Shown here in pieces: positions 30,274-40,148 of a DNA stretch of 64,000 nucleotides; within the stretch, counting starts at the first letter, position 1; the number at the start of each line of letters is the position of its first letter. The stretch covers positions 60,311 to 124,310 of the forward strand of contig HF994128.1 in the NCBI GenBank assembly GCA_000436915.1. The letters are read 5' to 3'. This DNA comes from Prevotella sp. CAG:1092. Its GTDB lineage: Bacteria > Bacteroidota > Bacteroidia > Bacteroidales > Bacteroidaceae. The position numbers were made by a program, and so were the translations under genes. The notes beneath the pieces were generated by a model. It saw only the letters and a program-made list of their open reading frames with translations, was not told the DNA's origin and made no database searches.

Positions 30274-30372
30274 TAAGGTATATTAATTCACACTTTATCA
30301 GAAGATTGGTAAGACAAATCGACCAATTATCGACACTTTCTTATACCTTTCTGTTGACAATTCAACCAAATT

Positions 30373-31293
30373 ATGTATATTTGCAAAAGAAACGGAAAAG
30401 AAAAAGGAAAAATGGACGATTATCAGATGCACCCTATCACCATCGACTCAATAAAGAGTTTATGCAATTGCGACTATCTTGACAACGATCTCGTGATATT
30501 CGACGAGATTGCTAAAGTGCCAATCCCCGACGAACCATTCCGTATGGGTTGCATACTGATGGCGCTATGTCTGAACGGCACAGCTACATATAATGTGGAT
30601 ACAAAGGCGCACCACGTGAAGGCAGGAGACGTGATAATAATAAGTACCAACCAGGTGACAGACAGCTTCAATATGTCTGCCGACTGTAGTGGTATGGCTT
30701 TTATGATGTCTGAGAATTTCTTCCGCGAGATAATATCGGGTATGCACGAGATATCTTCTCTGTTTCTATTCTCACACCAGCATCCGGTATGCAACTTGGA
30801 ACCCGACGAAGTATATCTAACAAAGAATTATATAAAATCTCTTATCTACAAGCTCAAAGAGAATACCCATCGCTATCGCCGTGAAACTGTGATGTCGCTA
30901 TTGCGCACCATGATTTACGACCTCAGCAATGTGATATACCGTATAATGCAAGACAACGAGAAAAAGAGTACTCGTGCTGATAGGATATTCTCAGAGTTCT
31001 TGCTGTTGGTAGAAAACAACTACCGCACTCAGCGACGTGTGGGATGGTATGCGCTAAACTTAGGTATCACACCAAAATATCTATCAGAGATGGTGAAAGT
31101 GGCAAGCAGACGTACGCCAAACGACTGGATAGACGACTATGTGACGCTTGAGCTAAGAGTATTACTTAGGAATACCAACAAGAACATAAAAGAGATAACA
31201 GAAGAGATGAACTTCCCAAACCAAAGCTTCCTTGGCAAATATTTCAAGGAGCATGTAGGAATAAGTCCTTCTGCATATCGCAAGGGTAAATAG
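30373..31293 (+). CDS. AraC-family transcriptional regulator (N-terminal cupin-like sensing domain, C-terminal double HTH)
   Basis: 306-aa ORF. C-terminal AraC signature (…ITEEMNFPNQSFLGKYFKEHVGISPSAYRK). Confidence 0.8.
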   Translation: MYICKRNGKEKGKMDDYQMHPITIDSIKSLCNCDYLDNDLVIFDEIAKVPIPDEPFRMGCILMALCLNGTATYNVDTKAHHVKAGDVIIISTNQVTDSFNMSADCSGMAFMMSENFFREIISGMHEISSLFLFSHQHPVCNLEPDEVYLTKNYIKSLIYKLKENTHRYRRETVMSLLRTMIYDLSNVIYRIMQDNEKKSTRADRIFSEFLLLVENNYRTQRRVGWYALNLGITPKYLSEMVKVASRRTPNDWIDDYVTLELRVLLRNTNKNIKEITEEMNFPNQSFLGKYFKEHVGISPSAYRKGK

Positions 31294-31330
31294 ATTACAC
31301 TTTATAAAAAGGAAAAATAAATAAAACAAT

Positions 31331-31360
31331 AATGCGCAAGACAACATCTTGCGCATTTTT
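31331..31360. terminator. Bidirectional terminator between AraC gene (+) and DUF3109 gene (-)
   Basis: Stem AATGCGCAAGA/TCTTGCGCATT, 5-nt loop, flanked by A-rich (5') and T-rich (3') runs. Confidence 0.65.
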
Positions 31361-31368
31361 ATTCTTCA

Positions 31369-31965
31369 TCAGCCTTCTCTTGAAGCCAATAATGTTTCAG
31401 CAATTTCGCATAGTTCCTGATACCACTCCTTGCCAAAGCGACGAACTAATGGACCTTCGAGGAACTTATATACAGGTAAGCCAAGTTCCCTACCCTTTTC
31501 TACTGCCGGACGGCATACATCCCAACGATTATAGTTAAGACCTACAAGACCACCAGCAAATCGTTTCTCACGAATAGGATAAAGAGCACAAGAGATAGGC
31601 TTTATAAACTTTGTTTTGCCACCACGATAAGCACGTTCAAGAGCACACAGGCAGCAACCATTCTCATAGCATGTAAACACACAGTCTTTACCATTTACGA
31701 TACTCGTAACAAGGTCGCCATCACGATCGTTGTATGCCACACCTTGCTTATCGACAACAGCCTGCGCAGAAGCACTCATATCGTTCCATACAATATCGAG
31801 AGCATCTTCGATGCCTGCTATCTCGTCCATGGTTAGCGGAGCACCTGCATCGCCCTCCACACAACATTCTCCCTTGCACTTGTCAAGGTCGCAACAGAAT
31901 TTCTCAGTAATAATATCTGGCGACACCAATACGTCGCCCACTTGTATAATATGTAATTCTTGCAT
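31369..31965 (-). CDS. Cysteine-rich DUF3109-family protein
   Basis: 198-aa ORF with multiple CxxC/CC clusters (CCDLDKCKGECC, CCLC), typical of the Bacteroidota DUF3109 family. Confidence 0.55.
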   Translation of the reverse strand: MQELHIIQVGDVLVSPDIITEKFCCDLDKCKGECCVEGDAGAPLTMDEIAGIEDALDIVWNDMSASAQAVVDKQGVAYNDRDGDLVTSIVNGKDCVFTCYENGCCLCALERAYRGGKTKFIKPISCALYPIREKRFAGGLVGLNYNRWDVCRPAVEKGRELGLPVYKFLEGPLVRRFGKEWYQELCEIAETLLASREG

Positions 31966-31978
31966 ATTCTGTAAGTCT

Positions 31979-32644
31979 TTACCACTCTATAGTCTTTTCT
32001 CCATTCTGCGCCAAATAGTCATTACAACGCGAGAACTGATGATTGCCAAACCATCCTCCTCTGTTTGCTGACAAAGGTGAAGGATGCACGCTCTCAAGTA
32101 CCAAATGCTTATTTTGGTCTATTAGATACTTCTTGCTACGAGCAAAACCGCCCCAAAGCATAAATACCAAGTGTTCACGCTTGTCGCTCAATGCCTTTAT
32201 GGCAGCATCGGTGAATGTAGTCCATCCCAATCGCTGATGACTATTGGCAACATGTGCTCTTACTGTAAGTGTAGCATTTAGCAACAGCACACCCTGAGTT
32301 GCCCAACGAGTAAGGTCGCCAGATTTAGCTGCAGGTTTACCAAGGTCGAGTTCTATCTCCTTGAAGATATTGATGAGCGAAGGAGGAGGAGTAACGCCTT
32401 CAGGCACCGAGAAACTCAATCCCATAGCCTGACCAGGCTCATGATATGGGTCTTGACCTATTATCACCACCTTTACATCGTCAAACGGACAAAGGTTGAA
32501 AGCATTAAAAATCTTGTTGCCTGGAGGGAAACATTGATAATGCAAGTATTCCTCCCTCACCAGATTAGTGAGGTTAACGAAATATTGCTTATCAAACTCT
32601 GCACCAAGGTGCTGTTTCCATGAAGATTCTATTTCTACGTTCAT
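31979..32644 (-). CDS. ung: Uracil-DNA glycosylase (family 1)
   Basis: UDG motifs (VVIIGQDPYH, GVLLLN, HPSPLSA). The internal Met start (MNVEIESSW…) is preferred because the longer ORF start would run through the upstream terminator hairpin. Confidence 0.88.
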   Translation of the reverse strand: MNVEIESSWKQHLGAEFDKQYFVNLTNLVREEYLHYQCFPPGNKIFNAFNLCPFDDVKVVIIGQDPYHEPGQAMGLSFSVPEGVTPPPSLINIFKEIELDLGKPAAKSGDLTRWATQGVLLLNATLTVRAHVANSHQRLGWTTFTDAAIKALSDKREHLVFMLWGGFARSKKYLIDQNKHLVLESVHPSPLSANRGGWFGNHQFSRCNDYLAQNGEKTIEW

Positions 32645-32664
32645 AGGGAGAAAAAAGAAAGAAA

Positions 32665-32729
32665 GCCTCACTCCCAGCCCCTCTCCAAAAGGGAGAAGGA
32701 AGTAATTAGCATTATTGCTGGGAGTGAGG
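32665..32729 (-). terminator. Structured 3' element / terminator of gpmI: 13-bp outer stem GCCTCACTCCCAGC/GCTGGGAGTGAGG enclosing an inner hairpin, followed on the minus strand by TTTCTTTCTTTTTTCTC
   Basis: Direct reading. The inner stem is better on the minus-strand RNA (G·U instead of A·C), consistent with transcription from gpmI. Confidence 0.55.
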
Positions 32730-32761
32730 TTTTAATATTTTGTAGAGAGGTGAGGCTACTA

Positions 32762-34282
32762 TTAGTCTTCGATAAGGCACTCGCCTGTCATTTCTGCAGG
32801 CTGCTCCAAGCCCATGATATGGAGGATAGAAGGAGCTACGTCAGCCAAACGACCATCCTTAACTGTTGCTGAGTTGTTGTCAGTAACGTAGATGAATGGA
32901 ACAGGGTTCAAAGAGTGAGCGGTGTTTGGTGTGCCGTCTTCGTTGATAGCGTTATCTGCGTTACCGTGGTCAGCGATGATGATAGCCTCGTAGTCGTTAG
33001 CCTTAGCAGCCTCGATAACTTCGCGAACACAGTTGTCAACAGCATGTACAGCCTTAGCAATAGCATTGTATATACCTGTATGACCAACCATATCGCCATT
33101 AGCGAAGTTTACAACGATGAAATCATACTCCTGAGTATTGATAGCACCAACGAGCTTATCCTTTACCTCGTAAGCAGACATCTCTGGCTTCAAGTCGTAG
33201 GTAGCAACCTTTGGAGAAGGTACCAAGATACGATCCTCGCCCTCGTATGGAGTCTCACGACCACCATTCAAGAAGAATGTAACGTGAGCATATTTCTCTG
33301 TTTCTGCAGTATGGAGTTGCTTCTTGCCATTAGCTGCAAGATACTCACCAAGAGTATTAGTAACATTCTCCTTAGGGAAGAGGATGTTTACGCCCTTGAA
33401 GCTTGCATCATATGGAGTCATGCAGAAATACTGCAATCCAGGGATAGTATTCATGCCCTCTTCTGGCATATCCTGCTGAGTCAATACCTGAGTAAGCTCC
33501 TTAGCACGGTCGTTACGATAGTTGATGAAGATAACAACATCGCCCTCACCGATAGTACCGTCTACATTAGAATTGCTGATAGCCTTGATAAACTCGTCGG
33601 TTACGCCCTCGTCGTAGCTTTCCTGCATAGCCTGTACCATATCTGCAGACTTCTTGCCTTCGCCCTTTACCAAGAGGTCGTAAGCTTCCTTCACACGATT
33701 CCAACGCTTATCACGGTCCATAGCATAGAAACGACCAATGATGCTTGCGATATGTGCACCATTGTTGTCGCAGCACTTCTGTACCTCCTCAATAAAGCCC
33801 TTACCGCTCTTAGGGTCGGTATCACGACCGTCCATGAAGCAATGTACGAATACCTTGTCTGTCAAACCATACTCCTTACCAATCTCGATGAGTTTGAAGA
33901 GATGGTCGAGTGAAGAGTGTACACCGCCAGTAGAAGTAAGCCCCATCAAGTGGAGCTTCTTACCGTTATCGCGAGCATAGCTGTAAGCCTTTATCACTTC
34001 CTTGTTGTTGAGGATTTCGCCGCTTTCGCAAGCCTTGTTGATCTTCACCAAGTCCTGATATACGATACGACCTGCACCGATATTAAGGTGACCAACCTCA
34101 GAGTTACCCATCTGACCGTTAGGCAAACCTACATCTTCGCCAGAAGTCTGGAGTGAAGAGTGAGCCGAAACGGCTGTAAGATAATCAAGATAAGGAGTTG
34201 GAGTGTTATAGATAACATCACCTTTACCATGCTGACCGATTCCCCATCCATCGAGAATCATCAAAAGAGCTTTTTTTGCCAT
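32762..34282 (-). CDS. gpmI: 2,3-bisphosphoglycerate-independent phosphoglycerate mutase
   Basis: 506-aa ORF. N-terminal [14 protein letters not shown] and conserved iPGM metal-binding motifs ([13 protein letters not shown]). Confidence 0.92.
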   Translation of the reverse strand: MAKKALLMILDGWGIGQHGKGDVIYNTPTPYLDYLTAVSAHSSLQTSGEDVGLPNGQMGNSEVGHLNIGAGRIVYQDLVKINKACESGEILNNKEVIKAYSYARDNGKKLHLMGLTSTGGVHSSLDHLFKLIEIGKEYGLTDKVFVHCFMDGRDTDPKSGKGFIEEVQKCCDNNGAHIASIIGRFYAMDRDKRWNRVKEAYDLLVKGEGKKSADMVQAMQESYDEGVTDEFIKAISNSNVDGTIGEGDVVIFINYRNDRAKELTQVLTQQDMPEEGMNTIPGLQYFCMTPYDASFKGVNILFPKENVTNTLGEYLAANGKKQLHTAETEKYAHVTFFLNGGRETPYEGEDRILVPSPKVATYDLKPEMSAYEVKDKLVGAINTQEYDFIVVNFANGDMVGHTGIYNAIAKAVHAVDNCVREVIEAAKANDYEAIIIADHGNADNAINEDGTPNTAHSLNPVPFIYVTDNNSATVKDGRLADVAPSILHIMGLEQPAEMTGECLIED

Positions 34283-34349
34283 AATTACTATTTTATTATA
34301 AGTTTATTGTATTCCGTTGCAAAATTACTATAATTCAGTGGAAACACAA

Positions 34350-34382
34350 AACAAGCGAGCCAATAATTTTGACTCGCTTGTT
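34350..34382 (-). terminator. Rho-independent terminator downstream of the M6 metalloprotease gene
   Basis: Stem AACAAGCGAG/CTCGCTTGTT, followed on the minus strand by TTTTGTGTTT. Confidence 0.6.
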
Positions 34383-34426
34383 TGCCTATTATATTAATAA
34401 TTCTTTATGCCATTTAATGTAAGTTA

Positions 34427-36592
34427 CTACCTTAACACCTTCTTTACAGTACCATCAGAATACTTAACGATGTTGATGCCTGCACCAAGAACCTGGCGCA
34501 AAGTGCCATCTGTAGAATATATTGCCACAGGAACCTTTACAGAGTTTTGCTCAATTCCTTTGACTGCAGTTGAAGCAGCTGTAACAATTACATCGTCGAG
34601 GAAGAAACGCTTACCAGGAGTAAACTTTATCTTTATATTGTCTGAACCTGTGATGGTTGCTGTGAATGTCTGCCAAGAATCCATAGTCATATTGAATGAA
34701 GAAGGAGAAATTGTAGCATCGCCATCTATTGAGACAGACAGACGTGTATCATCTTTACCCCAAGGAGCAGCACGGAACGTAAGAGTTGCTGTACCATCTA
34801 TCTCGATGGCTGGAGTTGTAGCTTCACCTTTCTTTTTGCTTGAACCAAAACGAGCACAACCATCAGCACCATGAGGACTTTCAGAATACCAACCAGCATT
34901 ATCAGCCTCAAAGTCTGCGTCTGCAAATCTTCCTGTTCCACTAAACGCATTATCATTACCACCTGTACCACCACAAGCATCAAAGGTTTCAGAGAATATA
35001 ACTTCGCCAGTAGGAGTATTTGGTGAAGACGAATTGAAGTAGTTAGGTCCAAAGTCCATAGAAGCCACGCCATCGCTTGTTACTGCGATATTGCGGATTG
35101 CTACATCCATGTATTTCTTGCCATCACTATTTTTTGTATATATAGCATTAGATGGACGTGATAAATTAGTCAAGCTATCATTGCCCTTATAAGGATATGG
35201 GTCGCCCAAGTATGTTGTCTTGGTGTAGCCTTGCTGAGTTTTGCTATAATACTTAGAGTCGTCATCATTGTCGGCATGGAATATTGTCATGCGCTGATGA
35301 GGGTTTGTGAATTGCAAATCAGAATCATATCCTGTGGTATTTACCATATTATAATACCATACAGTCTGGTCGAAGTCAACATGAGTGATGAGTACACCAC
35401 CTTTAGGCAGACTCTCGTCCCAACCTGAGAACTGGCGGTTTTCTACCAAGAAGTATTCATCCTCGTTGCCACTATTAATAAGTTTGTAAGCCTCGCCACC
35501 TTCTGTAAGTGCCTTCATGCCAGTAACTGATAGTTCAGCTCCTTTGCGCACTTCTACAGGCTCGAGCCATCCAGAAATCATACGCTCATAAGCAGTATAG
35601 CCACAAGGCTTGTAACCATCTTCATTATATGCACCAGAGTCCATAAGGTCGAAAGGTCCCATACCAAAGTTGCCAGAGTAGCCTGTATCATACATATCAG
35701 GAATACCCATACAATGAGAAAACTCATGGCACATAGTACCGATACCACCAACCTCGCCTGCGCCATTAAGCTCTGAGCTACAAGCATAGGGATCAACCTT
35801 CACTCCATCGAGAGTCAAAGCCATAGATGCACCTGAGAGCTGATATTTGTGTGGCCAAATAGTATTTTCCTTACCGGTATCAGCTTCGCCATAGCCGGCA
35901 TAGATAACGTACACCTGGTCTACTTCGCCATCACCATCCCAGTCGTATTTAGAGAAATCAACTTTTGAGTCAATGCCCTTGCAAGCCTCAACAATCATCT
36001 CTTCAGGATGAAGGTCGTAGCCATTTTCGTCATTGCCACCATAGTATTTCATGTTGTGAGATAACTTTACAGGACCAACAACATCGAAGTCAAGTTCAAA
36101 CTGTCCACGGCTTTGGGCAAGGAAATAATCCTTAACCGAACCTTGGAAGTAGCCTTCATTATATCCAGCCTCGTTTGCTATACGATTAAATAGAGTCTGA
36201 GAATCACTATTCTTGAACTTCACATCAGTAAATTCCACCAATATCACCAAACCCTTTTTCTTGCCCTGAAACACATCGGTAGCATTACTAAGATTACGAC
36301 GAGCAGCACGACGAGCATGAGCCTTAGCCTTACGAGCCAAAGCGCGAGTAGTGAGATTAGAAACAGCAGAAGCATCAGCAAGCTTAAAGACGTTTGCTTC
36401 GCCTGTAGGCACATACTTGTTGCCATTGGCATCTTGCCAATAGTGCATAAACTCATCACCTACCAACGACACCTCAACCTTAGTTCCATCGTTAAGTGTG
36501 ATAACGTTTGTCAAACCGCGCTTAGCTGGCAAAGCCATTGCTGCCAACGACATGAGCGCTACCATTCCAGTTACAATAGTTTTCTTTATCAT
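34427..36592 (-). CDS. Secreted M6-family (immune inhibitor A-like) zinc metalloprotease with C-terminal T9SS sorting domain
   Basis: 721-aa ORF with signal peptide, zinc motif HEFSHCMGIPDMYD (HExxH…PDxYD), and a C-terminal beta-sandwich tail ending KYSDGTVKKVLR, typical of T9SS C-terminal domains. Confidence 0.7.
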   Translation of the reverse strand: MIKKTIVTGMVALMSLAAMALPAKRGLTNVITLNDGTKVEVSLVGDEFMHYWQDANGNKYVPTGEANVFKLADASAVSNLTTRALARKAKAHARRAARRNLSNATDVFQGKKKGLVILVEFTDVKFKNSDSQTLFNRIANEAGYNEGYFQGSVKDYFLAQSRGQFELDFDVVGPVKLSHNMKYYGGNDENGYDLHPEEMIVEACKGIDSKVDFSKYDWDGDGEVDQVYVIYAGYGEADTGKENTIWPHKYQLSGASMALTLDGVKVDPYACSSELNGAGEVGGIGTMCHEFSHCMGIPDMYDTGYSGNFGMGPFDLMDSGAYNEDGYKPCGYTAYERMISGWLEPVEVRKGAELSVTGMKALTEGGEAYKLINSGNEDEYFLVENRQFSGWDESLPKGGVLITHVDFDQTVWYYNMVNTTGYDSDLQFTNPHQRMTIFHADNDDDSKYYSKTQQGYTKTTYLGDPYPYKGNDSLTNLSRPSNAIYTKNSDGKKYMDVAIRNIAVTSDGVASMDFGPNYFNSSSPNTPTGEVIFSETFDACGGTGGNDNAFSGTGRFADADFEADNAGWYSESPHGADGCARFGSSKKKGEATTPAIEIDGTATLTFRAAPWGKDDTRLSVSIDGDATISPSSFNMTMDSWQTFTATITGSDNIKIKFTPGKRFFLDDVIVTAASTAVKGIEQNSVKVPVAIYSTDGTLRQVLGAGINIVKYSDGTVKKVLR

Positions 36593-36775
36593 AAGTTATA
36601 GTTAATATACATAAAAAACTAACGAGCGAAGAGTGCAAATATAGCGCTTTTATTTTAATAAAACCAAATATTTATTCTGCTATAACTTTTTTTTATTATA
36701 TATTTCTAAAAATAATCAACGAACAAGCTATTTCTATAAACAAAGAATCCTTGAGTATACTACTTTTATAAACCA

Positions 36776-36808
36776 AAAAGCGGCATCCGCAATAATGCGA
36801 ATGCCGCT
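36776..36808 (-). terminator. Rho-independent terminator of the 966-aa T9SS cargo gene
   Basis: Stem AGCGGCATCCGC/GCGAATGCCGCT with loop AATAAT, followed on the minus strand by TTTTTGGTTT. Confidence 0.65.
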
Positions 36809-36862
36809 CCTTTATTATATAATAAGGTGAAAGCTTAAGCCACCTTATCTATAGATGTATGT

Positions 36863-39763
36863 TTACTTAACAACAATCTTCTTGCCACCTACTACGTAGA
36901 TACCCTTAGCCAAGCCCTTAACAGACTCACCTGCACCAAGAACCTTAGCTCCGTTCAAGTTGTAAACGGCAGCATTCTTAGCAGCAACAGCGATTGAAGA
37001 GATACCATCAGAGGTTGCAAACTTATAAGAGATTGGGCAGAACATGTAAGTTTCGAAATCCACGAATACTACACCAACAACGCTCTCAAACTTAGCTGTC
37101 TCTGGCATATCCTCTGGAAGAACGGAGAACTGATCTGCAAGAATAATTGAAGCATCATCCTGCTTAATAACAGGAGCACCATCTTCATCAGCGAAGTCAA
37201 CATCCTTAAGTTCGAACAAACGCAAGTTGTTCTCTGCCTTTTGAAGATCAGCAATCTTAGCCTCTGTAGGAGTGATTGTGGTAGGAGTGATTGTAAGTTC
37301 TGACTTAGAAGTCTCAGCATTAGCAACCAATGCAAAAGAGTATGAGCTATAATCAACATAGATATAACCATTGAGCTCTACACCCTCCTTAAGTTCACCT
37401 GTGAACCAGCTGTTTGCATTAGCCTTTGTTATAATGTTAGAGATTTCAACTGCACCAGTCTCGTCCTCAAGAATTGCGTACGATACAGCAGCACGTGGGT
37501 CGATACCCGCGTCCATCTTCTGAACATAAGTAATCTTAGCGTTCTTCAACATGAGTTTAACGCTTGGATTCTCCATTTCACCACCTTCAATCTTGCTAAG
37601 TGCAGCAATGTTGTCAACAACAGGAATTGCTGGAGCTGTAGGAACCTCATAAGAAACAGGAATGAATAAATAAGTAGGAGTTTCCTGATCGATCGATTCA
37701 TAGGTTGCATAAAGAATACCCTTTACGCTTGTGAGCTTTTCTGGCATATTGCTACCATCAGAATCCCATAATGCAAAGTAATCATTCACTGATACTGAAT
37801 TTTCACCCTGACAAAAATCGAATGTTGGGAACTCGACATCATCAGTCTTCTTAATATCTACATCTTTAAGTTCAAAGTAGCGCATATTATTCTCTGGCTT
37901 CAAAATTTCTGCAAGAGTTCCTACAGCAGCTTCTACAGTAGAAGGAGTTGGTGTTACGTCTGACTTTTCAGTATCCTCTGATACCCAAAGAGCGTTTGGC
38001 CAGTTGTATGATGCATAGAGAGTACCATTGAGTACAGAACCTGCCTCAAAGTTGCCTTTAAGCAAACCTTCCATAGTTGCCTCCTGCAAAAGAATACTTG
38101 CATCAACTGCACCTGTTGCATCTTCCAAAATAGCGAAGTCAATCTTTTCCACGCCATAATTACTATTCTTGTGCAAAGCAGTAATCTTAGCATCCTTGAG
38201 ATTAATCTTAACTGGTATTTCATCATTCTCGTCCTTAAACTTAAGGCTATGCAATTCTGCGATGCTGTTAACCTCGGTAAAAGTTGGTAGTGCTTCTGCA
38301 TCACCAGTCTTCTGGATATAGATAAAGTCAACAGCCTGGTTAGCGCTACCACCCTTAACCAAATAGATAGGAGTTTCAGCATTTACTTCAAACTCTTCAG
38401 ATGTACCCTGAGCCCAGTTTACAGTAGAAGCAGTAAACTTGAAGATGTTATTTTCGCCTGCAAGGAAGTTCCATTCAGAACCTGCATTCTTTGTAGCATC
38501 ACAAATAACAGCGGTCAATTTATATTTACCTGGCTGGAGCTTTGTAATTTCAACGTCAGCCTCTGCTGCATAAGCAGAACCACCGTTAGAACTACGAACA
38601 AAAGTATTATTGTTTGTAGCCTTTGTCAAACCTTCAATATTCTCTGCTTCAGATAAGAATACGATATCTGTAGTAGTTGTTGGTTTGAAAGTAATATTTT
38701 TAACCTGATTGTCTGCCTCAAGAGTATAAGAGAGATAGTATCCCTTCTTGTCAGAGCTCAACTTATCAGATGTATAAAGAGTGCTATCAATATTGATAGC
38801 ATAAGGATAACCTACGTCGAAAGTCTCGCCCTCAAAGTTTGTACCCTTTACGATACCTTCCTGCAAAGGATTGCCTTCTTCATCAACAGCATTGAATGTA
38901 TAATTCCATTTAGCAGCCTCGCGGAACTTAATAGTAACGACAGTTGAACCATCAGCAGCAATTTTCAAGCTTGCAGCATCGTCGCTATCGTAGACATACT
39001 TCACGGTTTTGTCTTCATTATAAATTGCATCCTTGTCAGACTCCGTCAATGAAGGAACCAAGCCACTTTCTGCTACATAAGTAGAACTTGTTTTAATCTC
39101 GTTGCCTGCAGCATCTACATACTTAACAGTATAGTTTGTAGCACTTGCAGCATCAACGTATTCCAATGCCAATTTAAAATCAGATGCCTCTTGTTCACGA
39201 CCTGTAAAAGTAAAGAGCGCAATACCTAAAGTATTATTTGTTGAAGCCTGAAGATAAGAAGTAACATCGTAACTCAACTCCTTCTTAGATGTTTTAACAT
39301 TATCACCATCTCCATTAATACATACAGCATTAAGAATTTCGGCAGTATTGGTATTAGTCCATGTTGCTTTAGTTGCATCCCAACCTGTATTGATAGTGGC
39401 AACCTGCACATTAGAATTCTTTTTTGATACTGTACAAACAGAATAGAACGATAATGTAGCCTTTTTAAGCAACTTACCTTTCAATGTTGTTGACGCATCA
39501 AACTTTGTCAAAACGACAGGTGAGCCTTCATAATTTGCCAACATGTTTGTAAATGCGCCTCCATTGATTTTAGCTTGTGAATAGCGCCAAGAAGTTGCTT
39601 CTGCGTTATACAATACAGTATTGGCATTTTGTGCTGTCTTACCATCTGCTTGTATAACAGTTGTCTGTGTTGGGGTCAATACTGTTTCATCTGCATAAGA
39701 AGTCTGAGTACCAACTGAGAACATTGCCAACGCAGTCATCAATAAAGAATAAAATTTCTTCAT
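36863..39763 (-). CDS. Large secreted surface protein (adhesin-like) with internal ~200-aa repeat modules and a T9SS C-terminal domain
   Basis: 966-aa ORF with signal peptide and T/S-rich beta-rich sequence. The C-terminus (…NLNGAKVLGAGESVKGLAKGIYVVGGKKIVVK) is typical of T9SS C-terminal domains. It shares about 60%-identical modules with the 1412-aa protein at 42822-47060. Confidence 0.7.
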   Translation of the reverse strand: MKKFYSLLMTALAMFSVGTQTSYADETVLTPTQTTVIQADGKTAQNANTVLYNAEATSWRYSQAKINGGAFTNMLANYEGSPVVLTKFDASTTLKGKLLKKATLSFYSVCTVSKKNSNVQVATINTGWDATKATWTNTNTAEILNAVCINGDGDNVKTSKKELSYDVTSYLQASTNNTLGIALFTFTGREQEASDFKLALEYVDAASATNYTVKYVDAAGNEIKTSSTYVAESGLVPSLTESDKDAIYNEDKTVKYVYDSDDAASLKIAADGSTVVTIKFREAAKWNYTFNAVDEEGNPLQEGIVKGTNFEGETFDVGYPYAINIDSTLYTSDKLSSDKKGYYLSYTLEADNQVKNITFKPTTTTDIVFLSEAENIEGLTKATNNNTFVRSSNGGSAYAAEADVEITKLQPGKYKLTAVICDATKNAGSEWNFLAGENNIFKFTASTVNWAQGTSEEFEVNAETPIYLVKGGSANQAVDFIYIQKTGDAEALPTFTEVNSIAELHSLKFKDENDEIPVKINLKDAKITALHKNSNYGVEKIDFAILEDATGAVDASILLQEATMEGLLKGNFEAGSVLNGTLYASYNWPNALWVSEDTEKSDVTPTPSTVEAAVGTLAEILKPENNMRYFELKDVDIKKTDDVEFPTFDFCQGENSVSVNDYFALWDSDGSNMPEKLTSVKGILYATYESIDQETPTYLFIPVSYEVPTAPAIPVVDNIAALSKIEGGEMENPSVKLMLKNAKITYVQKMDAGIDPRAAVSYAILEDETGAVEISNIITKANANSWFTGELKEGVELNGYIYVDYSSYSFALVANAETSKSELTITPTTITPTEAKIADLQKAENNLRLFELKDVDFADEDGAPVIKQDDASIILADQFSVLPEDMPETAKFESVVGVVFVDFETYMFCPISYKFATSDGISSIAVAAKNAAVYNLNGAKVLGAGESVKGLAKGIYVVGGKKIVVK

Positions 39764-40083
39764 GTAGTTATAGTTTTGTAGAGTAGAGTGTCGTCAGTCC
39801 GTGGGCACTTAAATAATAGGTAAAAGTTTTAGGTATTCGGTTGCGGACTGTTTTATCACCTTCCAGTCTTAGGGGTAAGGTCAGCCGAATTGCAATTAGT
39901 TTATCTTTGTTTTTAAGTCTTAATATAAGTCATTAATTATTAGTAGAATATATTAAATAGTGGTTTGATTGCAAAAGTAACTAAAATATTTGTAATAAGT
40001 GGCAATTTGCCAATATTTTTTTGTTCTATCTCATATTTTGATGATATAACATCTGAATTGCTAACCTGCAAAAGCAAGAAGGG

Positions 40084-40132
40084 AAGCAAAGATTAGGACT
40101 TACTTCCTATCTTTGCTTCCCTTCTATCATAT
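40084..40132 (-). terminator. Rho-independent terminator of the S46 peptidase gene
   Basis: Perfect 17-bp stem AGAAGGGAAGCAAAGAT/ATCTTTGCTTCCCTTCT with 15-nt loop immediately after the stop codon (minus strand). Confidence 0.6.
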
Positions 40133-40148
40133 TAGGGGCTTTTAAGAA

